The notes beneath the pieces are model-generated. The model saw nothing but the letters and a program-made list of their open reading frames with translations. It made no database searches and was not told the DNA's origin. A DNA stretch of 63,735 nt, counting the filler, from Basidiobolus meristosporus CBS 931.73 (taxonomy: Eukaryota > Fungi > Basidiobolomycota): assembly GCA_002104905.1 (NCBI GenBank). It is 3 parts of 3 records of this genome, joined end to end, with 100 filler letters (N's around TTAATTAATTAA, not from the genome) between each part and the next. Parts side by side here need not be neighbours in the genome. Positions count along the whole stretch, not along the records: positions 26,079 to 56,123 come from MCFE01000855.1; positions 56,224 to 63,735 come from MCFE01001353.1; 1 more part is not named here. One strand, 5' to 3'. Position numbers and translations under genes: made by a program. Positions 52,895-62,883 of the stretch are shown one piece after another; positions within the stretch are counted from its first letter, which is position 1, and the number at the start of each line of letters is the position of its first letter.

Positions 52895-55800
52895 GGTTAG
52901 GGGGGAGACAGTCACCAACAGGTGAAATCTTTATTTCAGTTGAAACAAAGAAGCCAGCGCTACTGTTGTAGCTTTGATACAAGTGTGTGTAGCTGAGGGG
53001 AATTTGTAGGTAAGTTAATAAGAAGTGATGATATTTCTTCAGTGCTCAAGACACTGTTCAGTGGGAAGGGGGGTAGCAAGAGAGGTAAGAATGACTTGTG
53101 AACAACATTAATGAGGGGAATGGGATAAGGATTGATATTCATCATAAAGGGAGTGTGCTGCTGCAGATATTGCTGCCAAAGGTCTGTCAAGTACTTCAGG
53201 TAGGCCAGCTTGGGTTTTTCTGACTGCAGAATAAATTCAGCAAACTTCTTGACTTCAGGATCTCCAAGTATAGTTCTCCAGCAGGAGTCAGGTGTAGTGT
53301 GGTGTGTTCTCTTCCAGGCCTTAATCAGTGGGTTGTTGCAGTTGTGAAGTCTGAGGTATAATCTGGTTCTAAGGTAGAGAAGTCTGATCTTATAGGGCAT
53401 AAACCCAAAAGCACCAAGAATAGCATGTCTGTAGGGGCATTCAGGCAAATGAGGCACCAAGGAGGTAATGCACCATACTGCAAACTTGTCAAGCTTAGTG
53501 CAGTCTCTAGAAGTAAGAGAGAGTAAGTGGTAAGCCAAATTCCAGGACAGGGAAGACAAACTGCTTGAGTAGAAGGAGGCAGCTGGGAGCTGAAGTTGTA
53601 GGAGGAGTAACAGCCAGTAGCTTGTGGAGTGCCTGTCTTGCCAGGATAATTCTCTTCTTCAGGTGTGCTCCAGAGTCTAGTCCAGTAGGAAGGAAAGGAA
53701 AGCCAAGATATGTAGCAGAAACCTGAGCAGGTAGAGTGGAGTTCTCCAAGTTGATGGGAGAGCCCAAAGGTACTGTCTTTGCAATGGAAAGCTGGAGATT
53801 ATTCTTCTGCAGATACTGGTGGATGGTCTGGGAGTCTTGTTGCACATTGGAGGAGGATATTCTGATGTCATCAGCAAAGAGAGTAACCAGGCAGTCAGCT
53901 GAGAGTCTTGGGAAATCATTCAGGAAGATGGCATAACAGTATAGGACCAAGCACAGAGCCTTGAACCACTCCATTAGGAACTGAGAACACAGCTGATTGC
54001 TCACTTGGGTGCAGAATTCTTGCTTGTGGATCCAGAAACAGAGATCCTGACAAGGAGGGTGAGAGAGGTACTGGAGAAGCATTGCAACTTGGACCAAAGC
54101 AGATTTCTGTCAACTGAATCAAAGGCCTTAGTAATATCAAACAGAACAGAGGGATACTTGCACTGGAGAGAGTGATCTTGGCTAAGTATGACTGCATATT
54201 CCAAGGAGAGGCCAGGAACAAAGCCAAACTGTGCAGGATGAAACTTGAGGGAGTCAGAGTAGAGCTCCTGAGCAAGCAGAAGCTCAAACACCTTTCTGCA
54301 GGTGGGCAGCAGAGATATTGGCCTGTAGGAGCTAGGATCCAGGTGCTTTCCTTTACCCTTGTACAGTGGCAGAACATTTGCAAAGGACCATTCCTCAGGA
54401 GTAGAAAGCTGGGCTGAGCATTGCTGAAACAGTGGAAGCAGAAGTGCAGACATGGCCTTGGTACTAGTCTTCAGAAGCTCATAGGAGATTGTGTCCACAC
54501 CTGGAGCAGTAGAGTTGGGAAGCCTCTTGAGCACATTATGGATTCTCCTTTGATCAAGTGCAAGTGGGATGGGCAGAGTCTTGAAGTCAGGATGAAAGCC
54601 AGGAGTTGAGTACTGCTTTGTAGAGAAGAAGATGTTAGCCAGCTGTTCTGTTGAAGGTAACTTCCTGGAAGAGGGCCTCATTGCCCTGTAGAGTCTTGAT
54701 ACTGTTCTTGTTATAGAGTTGGAAGATTGCAGAGGCAAAGAACTCATAATATGATCCCAGAGCTGAGTATGCAGAGTGTGGTGAATTGCCTTGGAGTGGT
54801 GTATTGCTGTCAGGAGGAGTTTCTCTGTTTTTGGGTTAGGGAAACTCAGGTAGCTTTGTTGCAGGGCTGAAACAATGGATTCCCATTTTCTTGAGGTAAC
54901 AGCAGTAGTCTTGCATGGCAGTGAGAGGGAGGCAGACACCAGAATCAGATGCTTCACAAAGAGCCAGGCATAGTTGAGATCATCTGGCAGAGAAAGTAGC
55001 AAACTGGCAAGCTTCAAGTAGTTCCCAAAGTCTTTCTTCTGATTCTTGGTAGCTTTGTGGGTGAGCACAGTAAGTTTTGGCAGCTTCTTCTTCACAACTG
55101 GTTGCATAGAAAGGGACCAGGCTGGGTGGTCAGAGGCTCTCAAGGATCCTAGCTCAGCTCCAGAGAATTGCTTAACTTCATTCACAAAGTAGAGGGCAGC
55201 AGCAGAAGGGCAGATCCAGTCAACACATCTTTTCTCAGATTGAGCACCTAGTGCTAGCAGGTGGCTTTCTCTCAGGAAGTTCAGTAGGAATGTAGACCTT
55301 GGCTTCATTCTTGCAGTCAGAGTAGTCTTGTTCTCAGGATGGGGAATGTTGAGATCTCCAAGCAAGATAACAGGTGTTGATATAGATTGTTGGTATTGCT
55401 GAACCTTCTGGCATATAACTTGCACTTCCTGAAGGGCAAGACTTGGAGGCAGATAGCAGAGCACCAGACTGATAGTTGGCAACTGGAGAGCAGCACAGTA
55501 AGGGGAGTAAAGAGGAACACAGAGCTGAGGAGTATTGATGGTAGAAGAGATGAAGCAGATAGAGGAGGTATTCTTTGTTCTAGGAGTAGAAAAGCAATAT
55601 AGATTAGTCAAAAGTATAGAGGGTAGCTGAACATCAATCAAACACAGGAGGGAAAATCTTGAAAGAAGTCTCTCTAGAGTTGTCTTGATGGCTGTATGCT
55701 GTTGCAGTTAAGCAACAGAACTTCAGGTAGTCAGGCAGAGGTTGTAGCTTCTTCAGAGGCAGCATTGATAATGTGACCTGCAGAGTCCCAGAGCTCTTCA

Positions 55801-56123
55801 AATGGTGCATCACTTAAGTCAGCAAGGAGGGAAATGGCATGATTCTTGAGGAAGTATGCCACATCATAGGAGGGGGCTTGTCTCTTGATGGCAGCAAAGA
55901 AAGACAGAATGGCAACATGGGCTGGAGGCTTGTTGAACAGTAGAGAGTCAGAGGATTCAGATTCTTCAGGCACTATCTTGAAGTCAGTTTTCAGCCAGTT
56001 AAGGTTCTTCTCCACAAAGGCAACAAATGGGTCAGCAATGTTTTGGTCTAGGATAACCTCCAGAATCTTCCCTTTTCTCCAGGCCAGGTTGACAATTCTT
56101 GAGAGCTGAATATTGCATGCTTG
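52895..56123 (-). mobile_element. Non-LTR retrotransposon (APE endonuclease plus RT), frameshifted; 5' end cut by the gap
   Basis: EN: CYLPPS, ILLGDLN, SDH. RT: APGVDTI, YRPISLL, QFGF, DITKAFDSV, GVVQGSVLGPIL, LFADDI (53867-53878). ORF1-like fragment at 55731-56015. Confidence 0.92.
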
Positions 56124-56223
56124 NNNNNNNNNNNNNNNNNNNNNNNNNNNNNNNNNNNNNNNNNNNNTTAATTAATTAANNNNNNNNNNNNNNNNNNNNN
56201 NNNNNNNNNNNNNNNNNNNNNNN
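56124..56223. other. Assembly gap with six-frame-stop linker
   Basis: 100 positions of N with TTAATTAATTAA at 56168-56179. Confidence 0.97.
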
Positions 56224-56554
56224 ATCCACCATGGGTGCCCCATTGCCACTCGATGCTATGGTGGATGTCCATACCGGACCCGCAAGCCCTTCCCCAGTCA
56301 ATCCGCCGTCGGGCGCAGTTACTGGAGGATGCGATGATATCCAAGCAAAGGTCAACGCACTTGGCCTTAACATCAAAGCAGTGGTGTGTCTGGGTGCCAA
56401 AGACTCATTGCCTGCTGAGGCGACTGCCCCACCAGCCAACCCACCCGCAGGTTGCCCAGATGTGGATGCCAAGATCAGGGCGCTAGGACTCAACATCCGA
56501 GCAGTTGTCTGCCTTCGAGATGGGATTCAGGTGTTTGCCGATGTAACGAACTAA
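56224..56554 (+). CDS. Tandem-array secreted protein, copy A (signal peptide lost in the gap)
   Basis: Core near-identical to copies B-E; sequence begins inside the signal peptide (LSTMGAPLP). Confidence 0.85.
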
Positions 56555-57147
56555 TACTTGGACCATTGATCATTCATACTCATCATTGCTCAATAATATG
56601 GAATACCATGACTGAAGGCAATACAATGCCAGAATAAACAACACATTGACATATCATCCAATAACCGCATAGTTTGATAGTGTTCGTAAAGCATAGCAAT
56701 ATTATACTGGACGATACTAGAATACTACAATAGTAAGTAGCATTATTATACGATTCGGCCATACTCTCTTAGTTAAGGGATTGGCTAATATTCAAGTCCA
56801 TATATACGACTTCACAATGTGAATACCATGACTAGAGGCAAATTAAATTCCAGAATAAATAGCACATTGACATATCATCCAAATACAATCTTGCTTGATT
56901 GCACTGTAAAGGTACCTCTCAAATATAGAATGGGGTAGTTCAACTCTTGCAAAATGATAATCAAATAATCATGGATGGACGAATCGCTAATCGTCTTGAG
57001 AATTAACCCTGTTATGATGTTATGGAAGCAAAAAGTCATCTCTTACGCAGCATGGTGAAATACGATCAGCCTTTTTGAAAAGGACATTTATGCGATTGCT
57101 CTCATCGTGACAGATGAATCAAATGATTCCTCAGTGAATCAGTCTTC

Positions 57148-57779
57148 TGTTACGTACTGAAAGACTAATGTCCTTTAAAGAGTACGGAAATAGATAACGT
57201 GTATGTTATCTCGTAGATTCGACGGGGTAGTGTAAGAATATCTCTTAAAAGGTTAGGATGGTGACTAGTAGAAATATATTCAAGGTAATACTCGTTTCTA
57301 CCGCTCTTCTTCTAACCAAACTTATTCTTTATTTGATTGCTTGATTGGTATTTATACCTTGTTATGAGTCTGGTGATTTGTCTCGTTTACTTTTTTTCCG
57401 AGGCTACTAAGCCGTCTTTGTATGCGATGATGTCACTTAACATCGAGTGATTCCTTACTCGTAAACTACTGTTATGAATCGAGGGCAAGCGGAGGAGGAC
57501 CGGAGGATGTCCAATACGAATCAGAGAGGTTATCTGAATAGTTGATGAACCGGTAAAAGGTTGATGCTTTATTGATAGTGTTCAAAGGAGTTTATATAGA
57601 GATAGCCTCGGAGGGAGAGCTTCCGATAACGTAGGGCAAGCTTCCAAAAGGAGGGTTCAAGATGTATTAAATAACGTGTGTATCCCTGAGTGCGATTGAT
57701 CGTCTGTGTGGAATTCCAGGTGTTCGATCAGTAGTGTTCAAGTGATCGGTAGTGACTAGTTAGGATTTAAATCATAACA
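57148..57779 (-). mobile_element. 632-bp solo-LTR-like insertion immediately upstream of tRNA-Pro
   Basis: TGTTA...TAACA termini; minus-strand TATATAAA (57598-57591) then AATAAA (57573-57568); absent from the paralogous spacer before tRNA 61867; TSD imperfect (CTTC/CTAC). Confidence 0.7.
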
Positions 57780-57790
57780 CTACCATCGGA

Positions 57791-57862
57791 GGCTCAATGG
57801 TCTAGTAGTATGATTCCTCGTTCGGGTCGAGGAGGTCCCGGGTTCAATTCCCGGTTGAGCCC
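57791..57862 (+). tRNA. tRNA-Pro(CGG), copy 1
   Basis: GGCTCAA/TTGAGCC acceptor stem, CCTCG/CGAGG anticodon stem with loop TTCGGGT, GGTTCAATTCC B box, C73, downstream T-run. Confidence 0.93.
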
Positions 57863-58280
57863 ATCATTTTACTTCACTTTATGCTCTTCAATATCTTTAT
57901 TCGCACCTATGCAGCACCAGTGTATTATTGGGACAACATACAGTACATTAGTAGTACAGCATATCATGTGCCCGACAGTCAGATCATTAAAATTTCGAAT
58001 GTCAACTTAGTAAAGCATTAAATAACAGATGATTCGCTTTTGTGGGTAAAATGGTTTAACCATACTGATCAGTGTCGGTTCGAACATCTATTCTATGATA
58101 TGGGTGTGCTGAGCTTCTACACATTTTAATATGATCCACGTATGGTAGACATTCATGAATGTCACTACATGCTCAAAATACACACGAGTACAGTTGATCC
58201 GTACTTGTTTACCACGATTTCATCTCAATAACACCTTTGAGAGGTGGAAATTGAAAAGAAGCAGGGGTAAATGGCTATGA

Positions 58281-58370
58281 GATGTAAGGGTATGAGCATA
58301 TTGATGAGTGGTAGAGAGACAAATCGATTTCAGGCAGGATGAGTGCAGGGTTGCCAATGCCAACTATAAG
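58281..58370 (+). promoter_or_regulatory. Conserved upstream block of the array genes
   Basis: GATGTAAGG...ATATTGATG...CAGGATGAGTGCAGG...TATAAG recurs upstream of copies B, C, D and E, and partially at 63657-63735. Confidence 0.55.
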
Positions 58371-58432
58371 TAGACTGACGCTTGCTACCAGATCTTCACT
58401 TACTATCATTTCAAGCTATTCCACTACTCATC

Positions 58433-58807
58433 ATGAAGTTCATTCTTTCCTTGTTGGCTGTGTCCTGTGCAATCCTATCCACCATGGGTGCCCCATTGCC
58501 ACTCGATGCTATGGTAGATGTCCATACCGGACCCGCAAGCCCTTCTTTAGCCAGTCCACCATCAGGTGCAGGTGCTGAAGGATGCGATGATATCCAAGCA
58601 AAGGTCAACGCACTTGGCCTTAACATCAAAGCAGTGGTGTGTCTGGGTGCCAAAGACTCATTGCCTGCTGAGGCGACTGCCCCACCAGCCAACCCACCCG
58701 CAGGTTGCCCAGATGTGGATGCCAAGATCAGGGCGCTAGGACTCAACATCCGAGCGGTTGTCTGCCTTCGAGATGGGATCCAGGTGTTTGCCGATGTAAC
58801 GAACTAA
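58433..58807 (+). CDS. Tandem-array secreted protein, copy B (124 aa)
   Basis: Signal MKFILSLLAVSCAILSTMG; P/S/G linker; two repeats C-x18-C-L. Confidence 0.9.
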   Translation: MKFILSLLAVSCAILSTMGAPLPLDAMVDVHTGPASPSLASPPSGAGAEGCDDIQAKVNALGLNIKAVVCLGAKDSLPAEATAPPANPPAGCPDVDAKIRALGLNIRAVVCLRDGIQVFADVTN

Positions 58808-59149
58808 TACTTGGACCATTGATCATTCATACTCATCATTGCTCAATAATATGGAATATCGTGACTGAAGGCAATACAATGCCAGAATAAACAACACATT
58901 GACATATCATTCAAATACAATCTTGCTTGATTATGCTGTAAAGGTACCTCTCATATGAGACGTGAGGCAATTCAGCTCTTACAAATTGACAATTGAACAA
59001 TCATCAATGGACGAGTAGCTCATTGTGACCGCACACCTTGGAGCAAGATGATCGACCAGTTTGAAGAGGACGCTTAAGCATTTACCAGGCTGTAAAGCAC
59101 ACTGTCAACTGTATGTAGTGACTCTTGATTGAAAAGTTCAAACATCCGA

Positions 59150-59221
59150 GGCTCAATGGTCTAGTAGTATGATTCCTCGTTCGGGTCGAGGAGGTCCCGG
59201 GTTCAATTCCCGGTTGAGCCC
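59150..59221 (+). tRNA. tRNA-Pro(CGG), copy 2
   Basis: Identical to 57791-57862; TTTTT downstream. Confidence 0.93.
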
Positions 59222-59672
59222 TTCTTTTTACCTCACAATACGCTTATTAATGGTACTAAAATTGCAAAAATTGGATATTTTAAGCCTGATTGTCAATTCA
59301 GTTATATTTGAAGTGCTAGCTTAGCTCATAGAAACCAGAGAGTAGTCGAGTATAGAATGAACAGATAATGCGTTCTCATATATGGCAACAGATCAGGAAT
59401 GTTGCTACATGCTCAAAATACACACGAGTACAGTTGATCCGTGCTTGTTTACCACGATTTCATCTCAATAACACCTTTGAGAGGTGGAAATTGAAAAGAA
59501 GCAGGGGTAAATGGCTATGAGATGTAAGGGTATGAGCATATTGATGAGCGGTAGAGAGACAAATCGATTTCAGGCAGGATGAGTGCAGGGTTGCCAATGC
59601 CAACTATAAGTAGACTGACGCTTGCTACCAGATCTTCACTTACTATCATTTCAAGCTATTCCACTACTCATC

Positions 59673-60047
59673 ATGAAGTTCATTCTTTCCTTGTTGGCTG
59701 TGTCCTGTGCAATCCTATCCACCATGGGTGCCCCATTGCCACTCGATGCTATGGTAGATGTCCATACCGGACCCACAAGCCCTTCCTCAGCCAATCCACC
59801 ATCAGGTGCAGGTGCTGGAGGATGTGATGATATCCAAGCAAAGGTCAACGCACTTGGCCTTAACATCAAAGCAGTGGTGTGTCTGGGTGCCAAAGACTCA
59901 TTGCCTGCTGAGGCGACTGCCCCACCAGCCAACCCACCCGCAGGTTGCCCAGATGTGGATGCCAAGATCAGGGCGCTAGGACTCAACATCCGAGCAGTTG
60001 TCTGCCTTCGAGATGGGATTCAGGTGTTTGCCGATGTAACGAACTAA
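59673..60047 (+). CDS. Tandem-array secreted protein, copy C (124 aa)
   Basis: As copy B, with a different linker. Confidence 0.9.
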   Translation: MKFILSLLAVSCAILSTMGAPLPLDAMVDVHTGPTSPSSANPPSGAGAGGCDDIQAKVNALGLNIKAVVCLGAKDSLPAEATAPPANPPAGCPDVDAKIRALGLNIRAVVCLRDGIQVFADVTN

Positions 60048-61111
60048 TACTTGGACCATTGATCATTCATACTCATCATTGCTCAATAATATGGAATATC
60101 GTGACTGAAGGCAATACAATGCCATAATAAATAATACATTGCCATATCGTCTAAATAATGCACTGCTTTATTGCGTTTGCGAAGAGCCATGCGTTGAGGA
60201 AGTGAATTCGTATTTTAAAATATTGCCAGATTAGTTGGTCGAATATCATGAATACAATCAATGATGTTTTGATATTACGGCAATAAGCCTATAGCAGTAT
60301 GATGGATTTTTAAATATGAGCTTTAGTGACACAAAAATAGGAGTATTTCTTGACGATTTTGCTCTTCAGTGAGAATATCAGATAAGGCCGCCGTAGTAAT
60401 CATGTAGATGCCATAACCACAAAGTCTGAATGCCTTATGTAGGATTCATAGCCAAATGACCAGGTAGATGAGGTGTATTCTTTGTTGGTCATCCGTGCTG
60501 ATGGCATTTTTTGGGTTTCACATACCGAGATAAATCAGCGGTGTACGTGTGACAACCTGATTCTTTGCACAACTTTGATGTAGGTCGGGGTAAGTGATAC
60601 TTCACGTATATGTATGTGGTAAGAGGGTCGAGCAAAATTGAATGTGATGGTTCCTTGTTTGGGTTAAGGAGGCCCTGTGTTGCTCATTTAAATTTCTAGC
60701 GTGACATATTGTACGTCCTGCATAATCTATCCAGTAAAATATAAAGTGCCAGCCTAACCCATGGAAGCAAGATAGTCCAGCTGATACGCTCTGTTGGAAA
60801 AAGTGACTAAACTCATTATGGGATACTGAATCAAGATCCTGGAGATCATATATGGCTGTGAAGCTAGAATATGCAGGTACACAATTCGATCGTGCCTATA
60901 CGAACCAATTGTAGCTCAATAATACCTTTGAAAGCCAGAAATTGAAGAGAGGCAGGGGGAGTGACATTAAGTTGTAAGGATACCAACATATTGATGGGTG
61001 GTAGCGACACATCGATTTCCGACAGGATGAGTTCAGGGTTGATACAACCAAATATAAGCGGATTGTAGAGGTGTTTAACCATCATTCCCTCAAACAACAT
61101 CTAGACTCATC

Positions 61112-61489
61112 ATGCAGTTCATTCTTTCTTTGTTGGCTGTGTCTTGTGCCATCTTGGCCACCATGGGTGCTCCCTTGCCACTTAACGCTATGGTGGATAT
61201 CCATACCGGGCCCGCTGGCGCCCTGACACCCAGCAGCCCGCAACCAGGTGCAGGTACTGTAGGATGTGATGATATCCAAGCAAAGGTCAACGCACTTGGC
61301 CTTGACATCAAAGCGGTGGTGTGCCTGGGTGCCAAAGACTCATTGCCTGCTGAGGCGACTGCCCCACCAGCCAACCCACCCGCAGGTTGCCCAGATGTGG
61401 ATGCCAAGATCAGGGCGCTAGGACTCAACATCCGAGCAGTTGTCTGCCTTCGAGATGGGATTCAGGTGTTTGCCGATGTAACGAACTAA
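61112..61489 (+). CDS. Tandem-array secreted protein, copy D (125 aa, most divergent)
   Basis: MQFILSLL...; linker one residue longer; core near-identical to the other copies. Confidence 0.9.
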   Translation: MQFILSLLAVSCAILATMGAPLPLNAMVDIHTGPAGALTPSSPQPGAGTVGCDDIQAKVNALGLDIKAVVCLGAKDSLPAEATAPPANPPAGCPDVDAKIRALGLNIRAVVCLRDGIQVFADVTN

Positions 61490-61866
61490 TACTCGGACCA
61501 TTAATCATACATACTCATCATTGCTTGATAATAAGAATACCATGACTAGAGGCAATACAATATCAGAATAAATAATATATTGCCATATAATTCAAATACA
61601 TAATTGTTTAATCATGCCGTAAAGGTACTTCTCGAATGTAAGTTGGGACAGTTCAGCTCTTGCAGAAGGACAATCCAATATTCATGAACGTGTGCGTAGC
61701 CCGTCATGTTTAAAATTAATCCTGCTATGATATTATAGCAGCAAGAAACCGTTTTATGCACTGCCTGGTGCAATATTATCGGTCTGATGTGAAAGAGTGA
61801 TTACTGTATTATACTACCTAATGATGGATGAAAAAAAATTCCTCACCGAAATCTTCATGCATCCAA

Positions 61867-61938
61867 GGCTCAATGGTCTAGTAGTATGATTCCTCGTTCG
61901 GGTCGAGGAGGTCCCGGGTTCAATTCCCGGTTGAGCCC
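61867..61938 (+). tRNA. tRNA-Pro(CGG), copy 3
   Basis: Identical to copies 1 and 2; TTTT downstream. Confidence 0.93.
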
Positions 61939-62508
61939 TTACTTTTACCTATCCATACACACTTCAATATCGTTATTCACACGCATATAGTGCCAGTATA
62001 CTATTGGGACAACACATAGTATATCACTAGCACAATATATTACCTGCTTGACGGTTGGGTCAGTAAAATTTCAAATGCCAGTTTAGCTCATAGAAGCCAT
62101 GTAGCATAGTTGAATATTAAAAATAAAAGGCTAATATGATTTCCAGGTAAGATAAACGACTTCGACCACATGCAGACTAATATCAGGTCAAACTTCTGTT
62201 TGATGATGAATTAGCACATACTGAAGTCGGATTCATGTACGGATCAAGACCGAAAATGCAGGTGTGCACATTATATCGTATTTAAAAAACGATATTTTTA
62301 TTTTAATGGTGCCTTTATAAGGTGGGGTTTGAAAGAAGCAGGGATGGATGGCTATGGGATGTAAGGATATGAGCATACTAATGGGCAGTAGTGAGATAAA
62401 GCGATCTCAGACAGGATGAGTGCAGGATTGCTACTGCCAACTATAAGTAGACTGACGCTTGCTACCAGATCTTCACTACTATCATTTCAAGCTATTTCAC
62501 TACTCATC

Positions 62509-62883
62509 ATGAAGTTCATTCTTTCCTTGTTGGCTGTGTTCTGTGCAATCCTATCCACCATGGGTGCCCCATTGCCACTCGATGCTATGGTAGATGTCCA
62601 TACCGGACCCGCAAGCCCTTCTTTAGCCAGTCCACCATCAGGCACAGGTACTGGAGGATGCGATGATATCCAAGCAAAGGTCAACGCACTTGGCCTTAAC
62701 ATCAAAGCAGTGGTGTGTCTGGGTGCCAAAGACTCATTGCCTGCTGAGGCGACTGCCCCACCAGCCAACCCACCCGCAGGTTGCCCAGATGTGGATGCCA
62801 AGATCAGGGCGCTAGGACTCAACATCCGAGCAGTTGTCTGCCTTCGAGATGGGATTCAGGTGTTTGCCGATGTAACGAACTAA
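62509..62883 (+). CDS. Tandem-array secreted protein, copy E (124 aa)
   Basis: As copy B, with signal MKFILSLLAVFCAILSTMG. Confidence 0.9.
   Translation: MKFILSLLAVFCAILSTMGAPLPLDAMVDVHTGPASPSLASPPSGTGTGGCDDIQAKVNALGLNIKAVVCLGAKDSLPAEATAPPANPPAGCPDVDAKIRALGLNIRAVVCLRDGIQVFADVTN

Noticed and set aside
28286-61938. Proline theme: PRO3, tRNA-Pro genes and Pro-rich proteins in one window
   Set aside because: About 28 kb and an unverified gap separate them, and the anticodon does not match the dominant Pro codons; most likely coincidence.
56176-62825. Repeated minus-strand ORFs MLSPSALILASTSGQ... and short alternative-frame ORFs in the array
   Set aside because: Antisense or frame shadows of the conserved plus-strand genes; they recur only because the DNA is duplicated and mostly start at non-ATG codons.
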